A stretch of DNA of 64,000 nucleotides from Spirochaetales bacterium. GTDB taxonomy: Bacteria > Spirochaetota > Spirochaetia > SZUA-6 > JAFGRV01. The stretch's first letter is position 1, and every line of letters begins with the position of its first letter. The notes under the pieces are model-generated. The model did no database searches. It was given only the letters and a program-made list of their open reading frames with translations, and was not told where the DNA came from. Below are positions 8,338 to 18,058 of the stretch, in pieces. The stretch spans positions 32,146-96,145 of the forward strand of contig JAFGHO010000008.1 of assembly GCA_016930085.1 (NCBI GenBank), given 5' to 3'. The position numbers and the translations under genes are program-made.

Positions 8338-9858
8338 CTAACGAATCGACGCGAGGTACGCGTCGACCTGTTTCTGCAGTGCTTCTTTCACCTTCATGAC
8401 GCCCGCGGCTTTCAATTTTTCATCGAGCAGCCCGAACGCCTCTTCGATATCCTTTACCATTCCCGCCTGGATCGGTTGCTCGTACTGCACCATGACCTGG
8501 TTGAGGGTGGCGAGCTCGGTTTTGATCGTTTCCGTGTCGACCGGCATGGTCTGGAAGATCGTCGGCACGAGGTATCCCTTGTTTTTTATATCGTTTTTCA
8601 TTTTGATATAGAGATCCGTCCAGCCCGCGAACGGAAGGAGCTGGTCCTTGTTCGTGAACCAGAACCCGGCAGCGTCGGGGGGATACGTGTTGGCATCCGC
8701 TGAAAGACCTTCGGGAAGATCGATTTTGCCGTCTTTGATAACGTAGTTCGTTCCTTCGATCCCGAGGTAGACGAGGTAGTTGTAGGTCTTTTCTTCCATG
8801 ATCATATCGAGCGCCTTCATTGTCACTTCCGCGTTTTTCGTTCCCGCGGCAAGCGCGACGCCGTTGTTGATGTGCGGGTCGGCGTAATAATGGCCTTTGG
8901 CGTCCAGTTCCGGAACGATCTCGATTTCCCATCCCTTCGCGATCGCGTCTGAGATATTCGCCTGGACATCCTGTGAATTCCCGATGCCCACCGCGGACTT
9001 GCCGAGGCTGAACGAATCCTTGCTCCGTACCGTATTCGCGAACACGTCCCGGTTGATGTATCCTTTATCGTACCACCGCTTCATAATGGCGGCGGCCGTT
9101 TTGTGATTTTCCAGATTCTTTCCCTCGCAATGATAGACGAGCTTATGGCCGGGGTCATTGAGGTTGTAGTCGACACCTGAGCCGGAACCTGTCGCAAAAA
9201 GAATATCGAAATAATAATCACCCAGTTCCGCCGCAAGGGCGGCGTACGGCCTGCCGATATCGTAGGATTTGTCGAGGGCCATGGGAATCATCTCGGGTTC
9301 GTTTTTCCTGATCGCCTCGAGGTACGCTTCGAGATCGGAATATTTCCTTATTTCCGGCACATTGTACTTTTTTCTCAAATCGGCCCGGATCAGGGTGACA
9401 GGAATCTTTCTGTCCGGCGTCGAAGTGGGGATCATATACATTTTGCCGTTGACCTTCATTTCGTTGTATGCATTTTTCGGGAGCGCCGCGTAATGCCGCG
9501 GCATGTACTTTTCAAGCATATCCTCCGTAATTTCCATGAATGCCCCTTTTGCCGCCTGCTGGAAATAGAACGCCCAGTTCGCCGTATATATCCAGTCGAA
9601 ATCCTGTCCTGAAGCGAGTATCAGCGGATACTTTGACTGAAAATCGCCCCATCCGATATAGTTGATCTCCATTTCCGCGTTGATGTCTTTTAATAACCGC
9701 CTGTTGAGTTCTTCCATTACGGCAGGCATACCGGGGGGTGCGGCGCCGAGCAGGTATCCCCTGATTTCTACCGGTTTGTTCTCACCGCACATCATGCAGA
9801 GTATCGCCATACCGATCATGGCGATCATGATAATTCCTTTTTTTGTCAATGCTCTCAT
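8338..9858 (-). CDS. ABC transporter extracellular solute-binding lipoprotein (sugar/oligosaccharide, LplA-like)
   Basis: 506 aa with a lipoprotein signal (MAILCMMCGENK). Size and sequence style match family-1 large sugar-binding proteins. An aaggagg RBS is present, and the gene lies downstream of two CUT1 permease genes. Confidence 0.85.
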   Translation of the reverse strand: MRALTKKGIIMIAMIGMAILCMMCGENKPVEIRGYLLGAAPPGMPAVMEELNRRLLKDINAEMEINYIGWGDFQSKYPLILASGQDFDWIYTANWAFYFQQAAKGAFMEITEDMLEKYMPRHYAALPKNAYNEMKVNGKMYMIPTSTPDRKIPVTLIRADLRKKYNVPEIRKYSDLEAYLEAIRKNEPEMIPMALDKSYDIGRPYAALAAELGDYYFDILFATGSGSGVDYNLNDPGHKLVYHCEGKNLENHKTAAAIMKRWYDKGYINRDVFANTVRSKDSFSLGKSAVGIGNSQDVQANISDAIAKGWEIEIVPELDAKGHYYADPHINNGVALAAGTKNAEVTMKALDMIMEEKTYNYLVYLGIEGTNYVIKDGKIDLPEGLSADANTYPPDAAGFWFTNKDQLLPFAGWTDLYIKMKNDIKNKGYLVPTIFQTMPVDTETIKTELATLNQVMVQYEQPIQAGMVKDIEEAFGLLDEKLKAAGVMKVKEALQKQVDAYLASIR

Positions 9859-9986
9859 GAAAAAATTCCTCCTTTATGGTTTTTGTGTTTCTCGCGAATG
9901 AAACGATTCGTTTACAATGACCTTTTTTCTCTATGACACCTCCTTATTATTGAATATGATTGGACCGTTCTTTTCTTCACGGCAAA

Positions 9987-10871
9987 TTATCCTTTCACCG
10001 CGCCGAGGGTCACGCCTTTGACAAAGTATTTTTGCGCGAAAACATAGAGAAAGATGACCGGGCCCGTTGAAACGACCGTCATGGCAAGTTTCAATGTTTC
10101 TTTCGGCATATTGAACGACGGAATGTTGTTGACCATATACGCGGCGACATTCACACTCGAGAGAATCTGATAGAGTACATATTGAAGGGGGTATATCGCT
10201 TCCGTATCGACGAACATCATAGCGGTCCACCAGTCATTCCAGTAGAAGAGTGCGGTAAAAAGACCGATCGACGCGAGGGCCGGTTTTGTCAATGGAAGGA
10301 TGATCCTTATAAAGATATAAAAATCTCCCGCCCCTTCGATTTGCGCCGATTCGACGAGCGATTCCGGAATAGCGCGGATAAAATTTCTCAGGATTAAGAT
10401 ATAAAAGACGTTGAACATCGGTACGAGTAGCAGAACGAGCAGGGAATTCCGCAGATGGTAGACATTCGAGACAACGATATAGTAGGGGGCGAGTCCGCCG
10501 TTGAAAAGGGTGGTGAAATAAAGAAAAAATGCCAGTACGTTTCTGTATTTTACCGTTTTTCGTGAAATCACATAGGCGGTCATCGCGGAAATAAAGAGGG
10601 CGGCTATCGTTCCGGCGCCTGTAATAAAGATCGTCACCCCGTACGCCCGTATAATTTTCTGGGGATTTCTCAAAATCATCCCGTACGCCTCACACGCCGG
10701 TCGCCGCGGTAATACGGTATATCCCTGTGTGATTATCTCTTTTTCCGAGGCGAATGAACTTCCGATCAGAACGAGAAAGGGGAAAATCGTGATAAACCCG
10801 ATTACCCCCAGGATAATGTATCCGAAAAACTGAAAAACAAGTTCGTCTTTTGCCGCTTTTAACCGTCTCAA
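9987..10871 (-). CDS. carbohydrate ABC transporter permease
   Basis: 294 aa with six TM helices and the EAA loop ESAQIEGAGDFYIFIRIILPLTKPALA. Confidence 0.9.
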   Translation of the reverse strand: MRRLKAAKDELVFQFFGYIILGVIGFITIFPFLVLIGSSFASEKEIITQGYTVLPRRPACEAYGMILRNPQKIIRAYGVTIFITGAGTIAALFISAMTAYVISRKTVKYRNVLAFFLYFTTLFNGGLAPYYIVVSNVYHLRNSLLVLLLVPMFNVFYILILRNFIRAIPESLVESAQIEGAGDFYIFIRIILPLTKPALASIGLFTALFYWNDWWTAMMFVDTEAIYPLQYVLYQILSSVNVAAYMVNNIPSFNMPKETLKLAMTVVSTGPVIFLYVFAQKYFVKGVTLGAVKG

Positions 10872-10905
10872 TGTTACCGTATCCTCCCTGTGTGTTGCCG
10901 CGTTT

Positions 10906-11835
10906 TCAGAATAACGCGTAATCCGGATTTATTTTTTTCACGATCGAGTTCACCGTGACGATGATGAGAAAACAAAGTATCGATTGATACAATCCGGCCG
11001 CCGACGCCATCCCGAAATCCTGTGTACCCAGAATGGATCTGAAAACAAGGGTATCGATGATGTCGGTTTTGTCGATAAGGATGCCGTTGTTTCCGATCAG
11101 GTTGTAAAACATGTCGAACTCGCCGCGCATGATTTTGCCGATCCCGATAAGAATGAGGATGATCATGGTGGGTTTGAGCGACGGGAGTGTAACATAGCGG
11201 ACGCGCTGGAGAATACCGGCACCGTCGATACGCGCCGCTTCATAGATTTCCTGGTCGATACCCATAATCGCGGCGAGATACAGAACACTTCCGAAACCGA
11301 CCCATTTCCATGTATACATAAACGGAAGAATCCACATCCAGATATCCGGTGTCGTATAGATATTGACCGGTTTTCCACCAAGGCTTTTCAGTAGATTGTT
11401 GAAAATACCATGATCGAAATGAAAAAAATTGTTTAGCATCGAAGAAATTACCACCCATGAAATAAAATACGGCAGGAACATAAACGACTGGGTTATCTTT
11501 CTGTAGTATTTTCCCCTCATGTCGGCGACCAGCACCGCCACCAGGATCGAGAAAAAGGTGTAACAGACGAGAAAAAGTCCGTTGTATATGGCGGTATTGA
11601 CCGTTACCTGGAGGGCCTTGCCCGATTTGAAGAAGAACTCGAAGTTTTTCAATCCGATCCACGGACTCATCCACAGCCCGTCACGGTAATTGAACTCCTT
11701 GAATGCCATCACAATGCCTGTCATGGGAATGTAGGCAAGAAGAAGGTAATAGAGAAATATCGGGATGAACATCAGATAGAGTATTTTGTTTTTTGTCATC
11801 TCATGGATGAAACCGTTTTTATCATGTTTCTTCAT
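10906..11835 (-). CDS. carbohydrate ABC transporter permease
   Basis: 309 aa with the EAA loop EAARIDGAGILQRVRYVTLPSLKPTM. It is the first gene of the permease-permease-SBP operon. No ATPase gene lies in the operon. Confidence 0.9.
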   Translation of the reverse strand: MKKHDKNGFIHEMTKNKILYLMFIPIFLYYLLLAYIPMTGIVMAFKEFNYRDGLWMSPWIGLKNFEFFFKSGKALQVTVNTAIYNGLFLVCYTFFSILVAVLVADMRGKYYRKITQSFMFLPYFISWVVISSMLNNFFHFDHGIFNNLLKSLGGKPVNIYTTPDIWMWILPFMYTWKWVGFGSVLYLAAIMGIDQEIYEAARIDGAGILQRVRYVTLPSLKPTMIILILIGIGKIMRGEFDMFYNLIGNNGILIDKTDIIDTLVFRSILGTQDFGMASAAGLYQSILCFLIIVTVNSIVKKINPDYALF

Positions 11836-12140
11836 TTTATCCTTCGAGATCCTTTTTCCCTCAGGGGTATGCTTTTTCGTATCATGTTACTCTATGGATG
11901 CACGGACTCCACTGTCAAGGAAACATTCTAGTGAAAAGTAATCTTCTTGTATCTTCGCTTAACGAAACTCAAACATCGCTTCAGGACTTGAAATAAACGG
12001 CTACGACGGATCCGGCCGGGAAGCGGGAGACCGCCGTTCCGGCTGCTTCCACTTGACCTTGAGTCCCCGGATGGTATAGGGTGGGGAAGGTACGCGGTAT
12101 TTCATGCCGGGAAACTACGTGTGAATGAAAAAGGAGCCCT

Positions 12141-13571
12141 ATGAAAACCGATTTTTTTTCCGGACTCACAACACGAATAGCAAAGACAGAAAGCATACTC
12201 TGCATCGGGATCGATCCCCAGCACGAACTCGATCCTGCCGATATCTATACAGGTCTCCTCGAATGGTGTAAAAAACTCATCGATAGGACCCACCGTTATG
12301 CGGCATGTTATAAACCGAATATCGCCTTTTTTGAAGCGTGGGGACACGAAGGCCTGCGCGCGCTTAAGGATGTAATCGCTTCGATCCCTGATGATATTCC
12401 CGTGATTGTCGATGCGAAACGGTCGGATATCGGGAATACGGCAAAAGCGTACGCGGCTTCACTGTTCAAGCATTTCGGGGCGGATGCGGTCACCCTCAAT
12501 CCCTATCTGGGAAGGGAATCGGTGCAGCCGTTTCTCGAATACTCAGGCAGGGGGCTTTTTCTCCTCTGCAGGACCTCGAATCCGGGCGCCGGCGCCATTC
12601 AGGAACTTTCCGTTTCGGCAGCAGGGGATGAGCCCCTTCCGCTTTATCTGCGGATTGCCGGCGAGGCAGCATCATGGAGTGAACATATCGGGCTTGTGGT
12701 TGCCGGAAACGACCCCGGTTCGCTTGAAGCGGTCCGCTCCATGTTTCCACATATCTGGATACTCTCACCGGGGATCGGGGCGCAGGGAGGTGACGCCGAA
12801 GCGGCGGTACGCGCGGGAATCAGAAATGACGGGGGCGGGCTCATCATCAATGTGTCGCGAAGTATCGCCTGTGCCGATGATCCGGCGAAAAAGGCGGAAG
12901 CATACCATGGGCAATTTCGCGCGATCCTGTCAAAGCACAAGACCGATAGCGGTAAAAAGGGATCGACGATGCGGGACGAAAAGCGGATGCGCCTCGTAAA
13001 ACGGATTATCGATAACGGCTGCTTCAGGACCGGCTCCTTTACCCTGAAATCCGGACTCGTCTCACCGTTTTATATCGATCTCAGACTCCTTATAGCTGAT
13101 GCGGCATTGCTTTCGGATACCGCTTCCGCCTACATCGAGATTATACGGACCCTGCGGTTCAGCCGGATCGCCGGTATCCCCTTCGCAGGAATACCGATCG
13201 CGACGGTGATCGCACAGAAACTCAACGCACCGATGATTTTCCCGCGTCTACAGAAAAAGGAACATGGAAGCGGTAATATGATCGAAGGGGCTTATGAAAA
13301 AGGAGAAGAGGTTGTCCTTGTCGATGATCTGATTACCACGGGGAAAAGCAAATTCGAAGCCCTCGATATCCTCGAAGAAGCGGGTCTTGTTGTCAGGGAT
13401 CTGGTGGTCCTTATCGAACGGGGAAGTTCCGGAAGAAAGGAACTGGATGAACGGGGAGTGAGGCTTCACTCGTGTTTTCGGGCGGCTCAATTTGTCAGGC
13501 TTTGTCACGAGGGCGGATGTATCCGGGATGAAGTCTATAAGGCCGTCATCGAGTTTCTGGAAAAGACATGA
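12141..13571 (+). CDS. pyrFE: bifunctional orotidine-5'-phosphate decarboxylase (type 2) / orotate phosphoribosyltransferase fusion
   Basis: Single uninterrupted 476-aa frame. The N-terminal half has LCIGIDPQ, YKPNIAFFEAWG and VIVDAKRSDIGNTAKAYA (OMP decarboxylase). The C-terminal half has GSFTLKSGLVSPFYIDLR, IAGIPFAGIPIA and EVVLVDDLITTGKSK (PRPP-binding OPRTase). Confidence 0.85.
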   Translation: MKTDFFSGLTTRIAKTESILCIGIDPQHELDPADIYTGLLEWCKKLIDRTHRYAACYKPNIAFFEAWGHEGLRALKDVIASIPDDIPVIVDAKRSDIGNTAKAYAASLFKHFGADAVTLNPYLGRESVQPFLEYSGRGLFLLCRTSNPGAGAIQELSVSAAGDEPLPLYLRIAGEAASWSEHIGLVVAGNDPGSLEAVRSMFPHIWILSPGIGAQGGDAEAAVRAGIRNDGGGLIINVSRSIACADDPAKKAEAYHGQFRAILSKHKTDSGKKGSTMRDEKRMRLVKRIIDNGCFRTGSFTLKSGLVSPFYIDLRLLIADAALLSDTASAYIEIIRTLRFSRIAGIPFAGIPIATVIAQKLNAPMIFPRLQKKEHGSGNMIEGAYEKGEEVVLVDDLITTGKSKFEALDILEEAGLVVRDLVVLIERGSSGRKELDERGVRLHSCFRAAQFVRLCHEGGCIRDEVYKAVIEFLEKT

Positions 13572-13584
13572 ACGTTGAGAGTGT

Positions 13585-14880
13585 ATGGAAATTATCGTAC
13601 AGGCGCCCGCCATCCTGAAAATAGCGGTTTCTCTTCTTTTTATTCTTGTCGTTAACAGGCTGACGAAAAACCTTCTCATTGCGGTATCCGCGGCCACGGT
13701 GATGCTGGCATTCTGGGCCGGGCATTCGGTTACCGGCGCGGCCGGGATCGTCCGGACGAGGATGTCTCAGCCGGATACCGTCGCCCTTTTGATCGTCATA
13801 TTCGGTGTGATATGGTTTACGACCCAGATGGCTGAAACCGGAGTGATGAAAGAGATGGTCGGCATTATCAAGAACGGCGTATCGCAGCGGTGCGCGATGG
13901 CCGTGCTTCCCGCACTTATCGGTCTTCTACCAATGCCGGGTGGTGCGCTTTTTTCCGCACCGCTTCTCGACGACTGCGATACCCGCAAATCGGTCTCACC
14001 CGGGCTGAAAGCGAGAATCAATTACTGGTTCCGCCATATCTGGGAATACTGGTGGCCGCTTTATCCCGGGGTGATCCTCGCGATCACCCTTTCGGGCCTT
14101 CCACTCTGGCAGTTCGTCCTGCTTCAACTGCCGCTCAGTGTGCTTTCCGTTCTCGCGGGAAGCCTGTTTTTATTGCGAAATATAAAACGCCCGCCTGAGA
14201 TGAATGAACATGGTGAAAAAATGGATTTCCGTCAATTGTTTATCATCATCCTCCCCGTGATCGTCGTGATCGGAGTATACGCGGCGATCAGGCTGGCGAT
14301 TCCCGCGCTTGCCGAATTGAATCAGTATCTTCCGATGTATATCGGCATCATTACCGCTATGATCGTTTTGCAGGTGCAGCGGCCGCTTGCGGGAAAACGG
14401 TGGATAAGGATCTTTCTTTCAAAAAAAACATTTTCCCTCGCGCTGCTTGTCGCCGTGATTCGCATTTACGGGGCGTTTATCGAGGCCCCCCTTCCGGACG
14501 GAAGGCTTATAATGGATATTATGAAAGCGGAACTGGGTACCGCCGGAATACCGCTTATTGCCGTCATCGTCATCGTCCCGTTTATAAGCGGTCTCTCCAC
14601 GGGAATCGCGTTCGGTTTTGTCGGTGCGAGTTTTCCCATTGTCGTCAATATCATCGGGACGAATCCCGGGACCGGAGTTTTTCTGTCATCGATACTTCTG
14701 GCATATGCATCGGGGTATATGGGGATGATCCTGTCACCGGTTCATGTATGCTTTATCGTCACAAACGAGTATTTCAAGACGGAGCTTCTCAGGAATCTGA
14801 TCAAACTCATTATGCCCGTTCTCTTTGTCCTTGCCGGTGCCTTTCTTCTCTTTTTTATGATCCGGATTGTCATTCCGTAA
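13585..14880 (+). CDS. polytopic membrane protein, putative transporter (DUF401-like)
   Basis: 431 aa with at least 10 hydrophobic helices. The resemblance to the DUF401 / ion-transporter superfamily rests on memory only. It starts 14 nt after pyrFE. Confidence 0.6.
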   Translation: MEIIVQAPAILKIAVSLLFILVVNRLTKNLLIAVSAATVMLAFWAGHSVTGAAGIVRTRMSQPDTVALLIVIFGVIWFTTQMAETGVMKEMVGIIKNGVSQRCAMAVLPALIGLLPMPGGALFSAPLLDDCDTRKSVSPGLKARINYWFRHIWEYWWPLYPGVILAITLSGLPLWQFVLLQLPLSVLSVLAGSLFLLRNIKRPPEMNEHGEKMDFRQLFIIILPVIVVIGVYAAIRLAIPALAELNQYLPMYIGIITAMIVLQVQRPLAGKRWIRIFLSKKTFSLALLVAVIRIYGAFIEAPLPDGRLIMDIMKAELGTAGIPLIAVIVIVPFISGLSTGIAFGFVGASFPIVVNIIGTNPGTGVFLSSILLAYASGYMGMILSPVHVCFIVTNEYFKTELLRNLIKLIMPVLFVLAGAFLLFFMIRIVIP

Positions 14881-14966
14881 GAATGCGATAGTTGCTTTTC
14901 AGCGGGATAACCGTGGTGCAGGAGGTACGGCGGTAATGGTGCACGGTTTTTCGAACCCGTCAATCC

Positions 14967-15704
14967 CTACCGCGTCAGGAACACCGCCGGAATCCTGAAT
15001 CCCGCTTTCAGAACGAACTCCTCGTCATAATAGGCGAGATCGAAAACGAACAGGTACCAGCGGAGGCCGCACATGATCCCGAATCCGAGTCTGTCCTGAT
15101 CGTAATATTCATCGCCCCTCTCGTAACGGTACCTGCCTACGAGCCCGAGGAGTCCGTACACATGAATATTGACTTCCTCCAGTGCGCCGAACTCTTCATA
15201 GAACGACGAAAACCGGTAACCCGCGTAGAAGATGGTGTCCCATATCTCTGTTTCATACCCGGCCCATTCGTCCGAAAGCAGATAGGCAAAGGCGCCCGCT
15301 TCGATCATATGAAGGTCGAGGGCGTAACATGTGCCCTTCCGTATCCAGTAGATATCGACCGGTTGTCCGAACTCGTTGTACCCCGACCCGATAAACGTCA
15401 TGGTCGTGTACTGCTTTTTCCCGAATGTCTCGTCCAGGACGATCCCGATACCCGCCTCGGGAATAAAGCCCGTGTAGCCGACGTCATAGCAGTACTGGAC
15501 GCCGAGGTGAAAGAGAACGCTGAATCCGAAGTAGAGATCGACGAAGGCCCCGGAAGAGATCGCTCCGAGGTCGCCGAAAAGCTGGGCACTGAATACCTCG
15601 AGATCAAGATTGACTAGAGAATAATCTTCAGCATAAAGAAACGATGCTAAAAAAAGGATAATGAGAAGTGTCATGATTATTTTTTTCATAATTATGTATA
15701 TCAT
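14967..15704 (-). CDS. hypothetical secreted protein, possible beta-barrel
   Basis: Signal peptide MKKIIMTLLIILFLASFLYAED, Gly/Tyr/Phe-rich alternating pattern, and an aromatic-rich C-terminus. The start may be the ATG at 15689 rather than 15704. Confidence 0.55.
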   Translation of the reverse strand: MIYIIMKKIIMTLLIILFLASFLYAEDYSLVNLDLEVFSAQLFGDLGAISSGAFVDLYFGFSVLFHLGVQYCYDVGYTGFIPEAGIGIVLDETFGKKQYTTMTFIGSGYNEFGQPVDIYWIRKGTCYALDLHMIEAGAFAYLLSDEWAGYETEIWDTIFYAGYRFSSFYEEFGALEEVNIHVYGLLGLVGRYRYERGDEYYDQDRLGFGIMCGLRWYLFVFDLAYYDEEFVLKAGFRIPAVFLTR

Positions 15705-15866
15705 TGGTGCGGGAAAAATGCAACCGGAAATATATGGAAGGACCCTGAGGGTATAACGGAGAATGCCCTGAATGTGAGTAACGGAGGTACCTTATTCGAT
15801 TGACAATGACAGGGTCATTTTGCATAATAATATAGGAAGCGTTATTATATCCGGAAGGAGTTATTC

Positions 15867-17990
15867 ATGAGAAAACGGTTGTTTCTGTGTCCGATATTGA
15901 TCCTCCTTGTAACTGGCGCGGGATTTGCACAGGAAGAGGAAACCAGGATTTTCGAGTTATACAAGGACGGAATCGTTTATATCGATCAGGCCCTGTATTT
16001 CAAGTCGGAAACGGTAGAAAGAAAGGATCTTTTCCGGAAACTTGAAGAGAAATATTCAACGCCGCTGCTCGACGCCCATTTTCCGATCAGCTGCGGTTCC
16101 GGTTTTATGATAACCGAAACGGGGGCGATAGTCACGAATTATCATGTCATGGACTCCGAAGATATCGAGAAAAGGCGGGAAGGCACATACTGGTATTTGA
16201 TGGAGATGTTCGCAAAGGATCTTCCCGAGGGTTTTTTTTCATCAAACGAGTTCGATATTCTCATGAAAAGCTTTAAAAGACTTTTTGACACATCGGAATT
16301 TTCATACCGGGTCCGGGTGGCGAACGAGACATATTACAAGCCGGAAATTCTCGCATACGACGAAAAACTCGATCTGGCGCTTCTCAAGATCGAGGAGAAA
16401 GAGAAATTTACCTCCCTGCCGATCGGCGATTCCGATGAATTGAAGGTGGGAAACAGGGTGATCGCGATCGGATATCCTTTTCAAATCACCATGGACTGGT
16501 TTTTAAAGGATTTCAAATCCACACTCACTACCGGTACCGTTTCATCTCTCAGAAAAGACCTTCAGGGAATTCAGCATACCGCCACCGTCAATCCGGGCAA
16601 CTCGGGCGGACCACTCATCACGACGAGCGGAAGGGTTGTCGGCGTCAATGTTTCGATTCTGAAGGATGCCCAGAACATCTGCTTCGCCATACCATCGAAA
16701 AAACTCACCCAATGGCTGGAAAAAAAAGGGTATAAAAATCTGCTTGCCATGAATCGGAAGATCGACACAACCATATTTTCTTCCGGGTTTATCGATGCCG
16801 GAGGTGTTCTTGAAATCGGGACGAGTCTATTTATCAAACTGGAAGAAAAATGCAATGTATACATCGATGGAGAATCGAAAGGAACGACCCCACTGCTTCT
16901 GAGCGATCTGAAAGAAGGAGAGTCATACCTCGAAATAGAATCCGATACCCTGTATCACGGCAGGAGAATCGGGGTCAATCCGGCGCGAAAGGACATCGTC
17001 ACTTATTCCCCGAAAATGGGAAAATTCGTGGGAAATCTCTATATCGAATCCTCTCCATCGGGTGCCGATATATTCATCGACGGCCGGGCAAGGGGTACCA
17101 CCCCCGCAGCACTCTCGGACTTGACTGCCGAAAAACACACGGTAGAAATCGTAAAAAACGGGTATGCGGTCTATCAAAAGGAGATCGAGGTTGTTCGGAA
17201 GAAGACAATCGATATAAAGACAACCCTCGAACCGGCATACAGGGTAACATTCAAAAATCCCCTCCCCAAAGGGACGACGATGAAGGTAAAAGGAAAAAAT
17301 CTTGATAAAACATTTTCGAGTAATGAATCAATCGAACTTCCCTCCGGAAAATGGACGATTGTCATCTCGAACGACAAGTTTTTTCCTGATAACACAATGG
17401 AGTTTGAAATCAAAAACGACAGCATTACCCTGGCGTTCGACCCAGCCTATTTCCGTTCCTCGATCGTCTTTGCCAACCTGCTGCCCGGGAGCGCCGTGTT
17501 TTTAAACAATACCGATATTTCCGACCGGATCGAAAACGACAGCTTTGAAACGGTTGTGGGTGAATATACGGTGACGGTGATGAAAAAAGATTACTTCGAT
17601 TACCGGGAGAAGGTGATCCTCGAAAAGGTAAAGAACGCGGTTGTGACAATCAATTATATCAAAGATCCGGCCATCGATAGTGTCAGGTACGCATGGATCG
17701 GCTACCCGACGCTCGGTGCGGGACTCCTGGCCGTCGGATTGGGTTTTATCCTGAATATGGACGATATCGCCATTGACATTACTCCGGGCTATGACGAATA
17801 CGTTTTTATCAAGTGGACCTCCTTCTCTTTTGCCTGTGCGGGCGTTGTGGCGGTGATTGTGGGAGGGGCATATGTCTATTTGTCGATCCGGAATTCGGAT
17901 GAATCGGCCAGACTCAGAAAATCCATGGCACTATCCGTCGATGTTACCGAAACAGGACCATGTGTCGTCGTGCGATACAGGTTGAGATAA
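15867..17990 (+). CDS. trypsin-like (S1C/HtrA-type) serine protease fused to PEGA domains with a C-terminal membrane anchor
   Basis: The catalytic triad context is VTNYHV, LDLALLKIE and NPGNSGGPLI. PEGA repeats are VYIDGESKGTTPLLLSDL and IFIDGRARGTTPAALSDL...VEIVKNGY, plus degenerate copies. Two C-terminal TM helices are present. Confidence 0.85.
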   Translation: MRKRLFLCPILILLVTGAGFAQEEETRIFELYKDGIVYIDQALYFKSETVERKDLFRKLEEKYSTPLLDAHFPISCGSGFMITETGAIVTNYHVMDSEDIEKRREGTYWYLMEMFAKDLPEGFFSSNEFDILMKSFKRLFDTSEFSYRVRVANETYYKPEILAYDEKLDLALLKIEEKEKFTSLPIGDSDELKVGNRVIAIGYPFQITMDWFLKDFKSTLTTGTVSSLRKDLQGIQHTATVNPGNSGGPLITTSGRVVGVNVSILKDAQNICFAIPSKKLTQWLEKKGYKNLLAMNRKIDTTIFSSGFIDAGGVLEIGTSLFIKLEEKCNVYIDGESKGTTPLLLSDLKEGESYLEIESDTLYHGRRIGVNPARKDIVTYSPKMGKFVGNLYIESSPSGADIFIDGRARGTTPAALSDLTAEKHTVEIVKNGYAVYQKEIEVVRKKTIDIKTTLEPAYRVTFKNPLPKGTTMKVKGKNLDKTFSSNESIELPSGKWTIVISNDKFFPDNTMEFEIKNDSITLAFDPAYFRSSIVFANLLPGSAVFLNNTDISDRIENDSFETVVGEYTVTVMKKDYFDYREKVILEKVKNAVVTINYIKDPAIDSVRYAWIGYPTLGAGLLAVGLGFILNMDDIAIDITPGYDEYVFIKWTSFSFACAGVVAVIVGGAYVYLSIRNSDESARLRKSMALSVDVTETGPCVVVRYRLR

Positions 17991-18058
17991 ACGCAGGGAT
18001 ACCGTTAAATGTGAAATATATTTTCGATAGCTGTAAAACGGCGTCTATTGCTGTCGAT

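Noticed and set aside
11836-12140. PyrR-type attenuator upstream of pyrFE
   Set aside because: A GC-rich hairpin is present at about 12011-12042. The PyrR binding-loop consensus and a downstream terminator T-run are both missing.
14881-14966. Intrinsic terminator after the DUF401-like gene (accgtg...cacggttttt)
   Set aside because: The stem is only 6 bp with a loop longer than 20 nt, and alternative pairings compete. The evidence is too weak to list as a feature.
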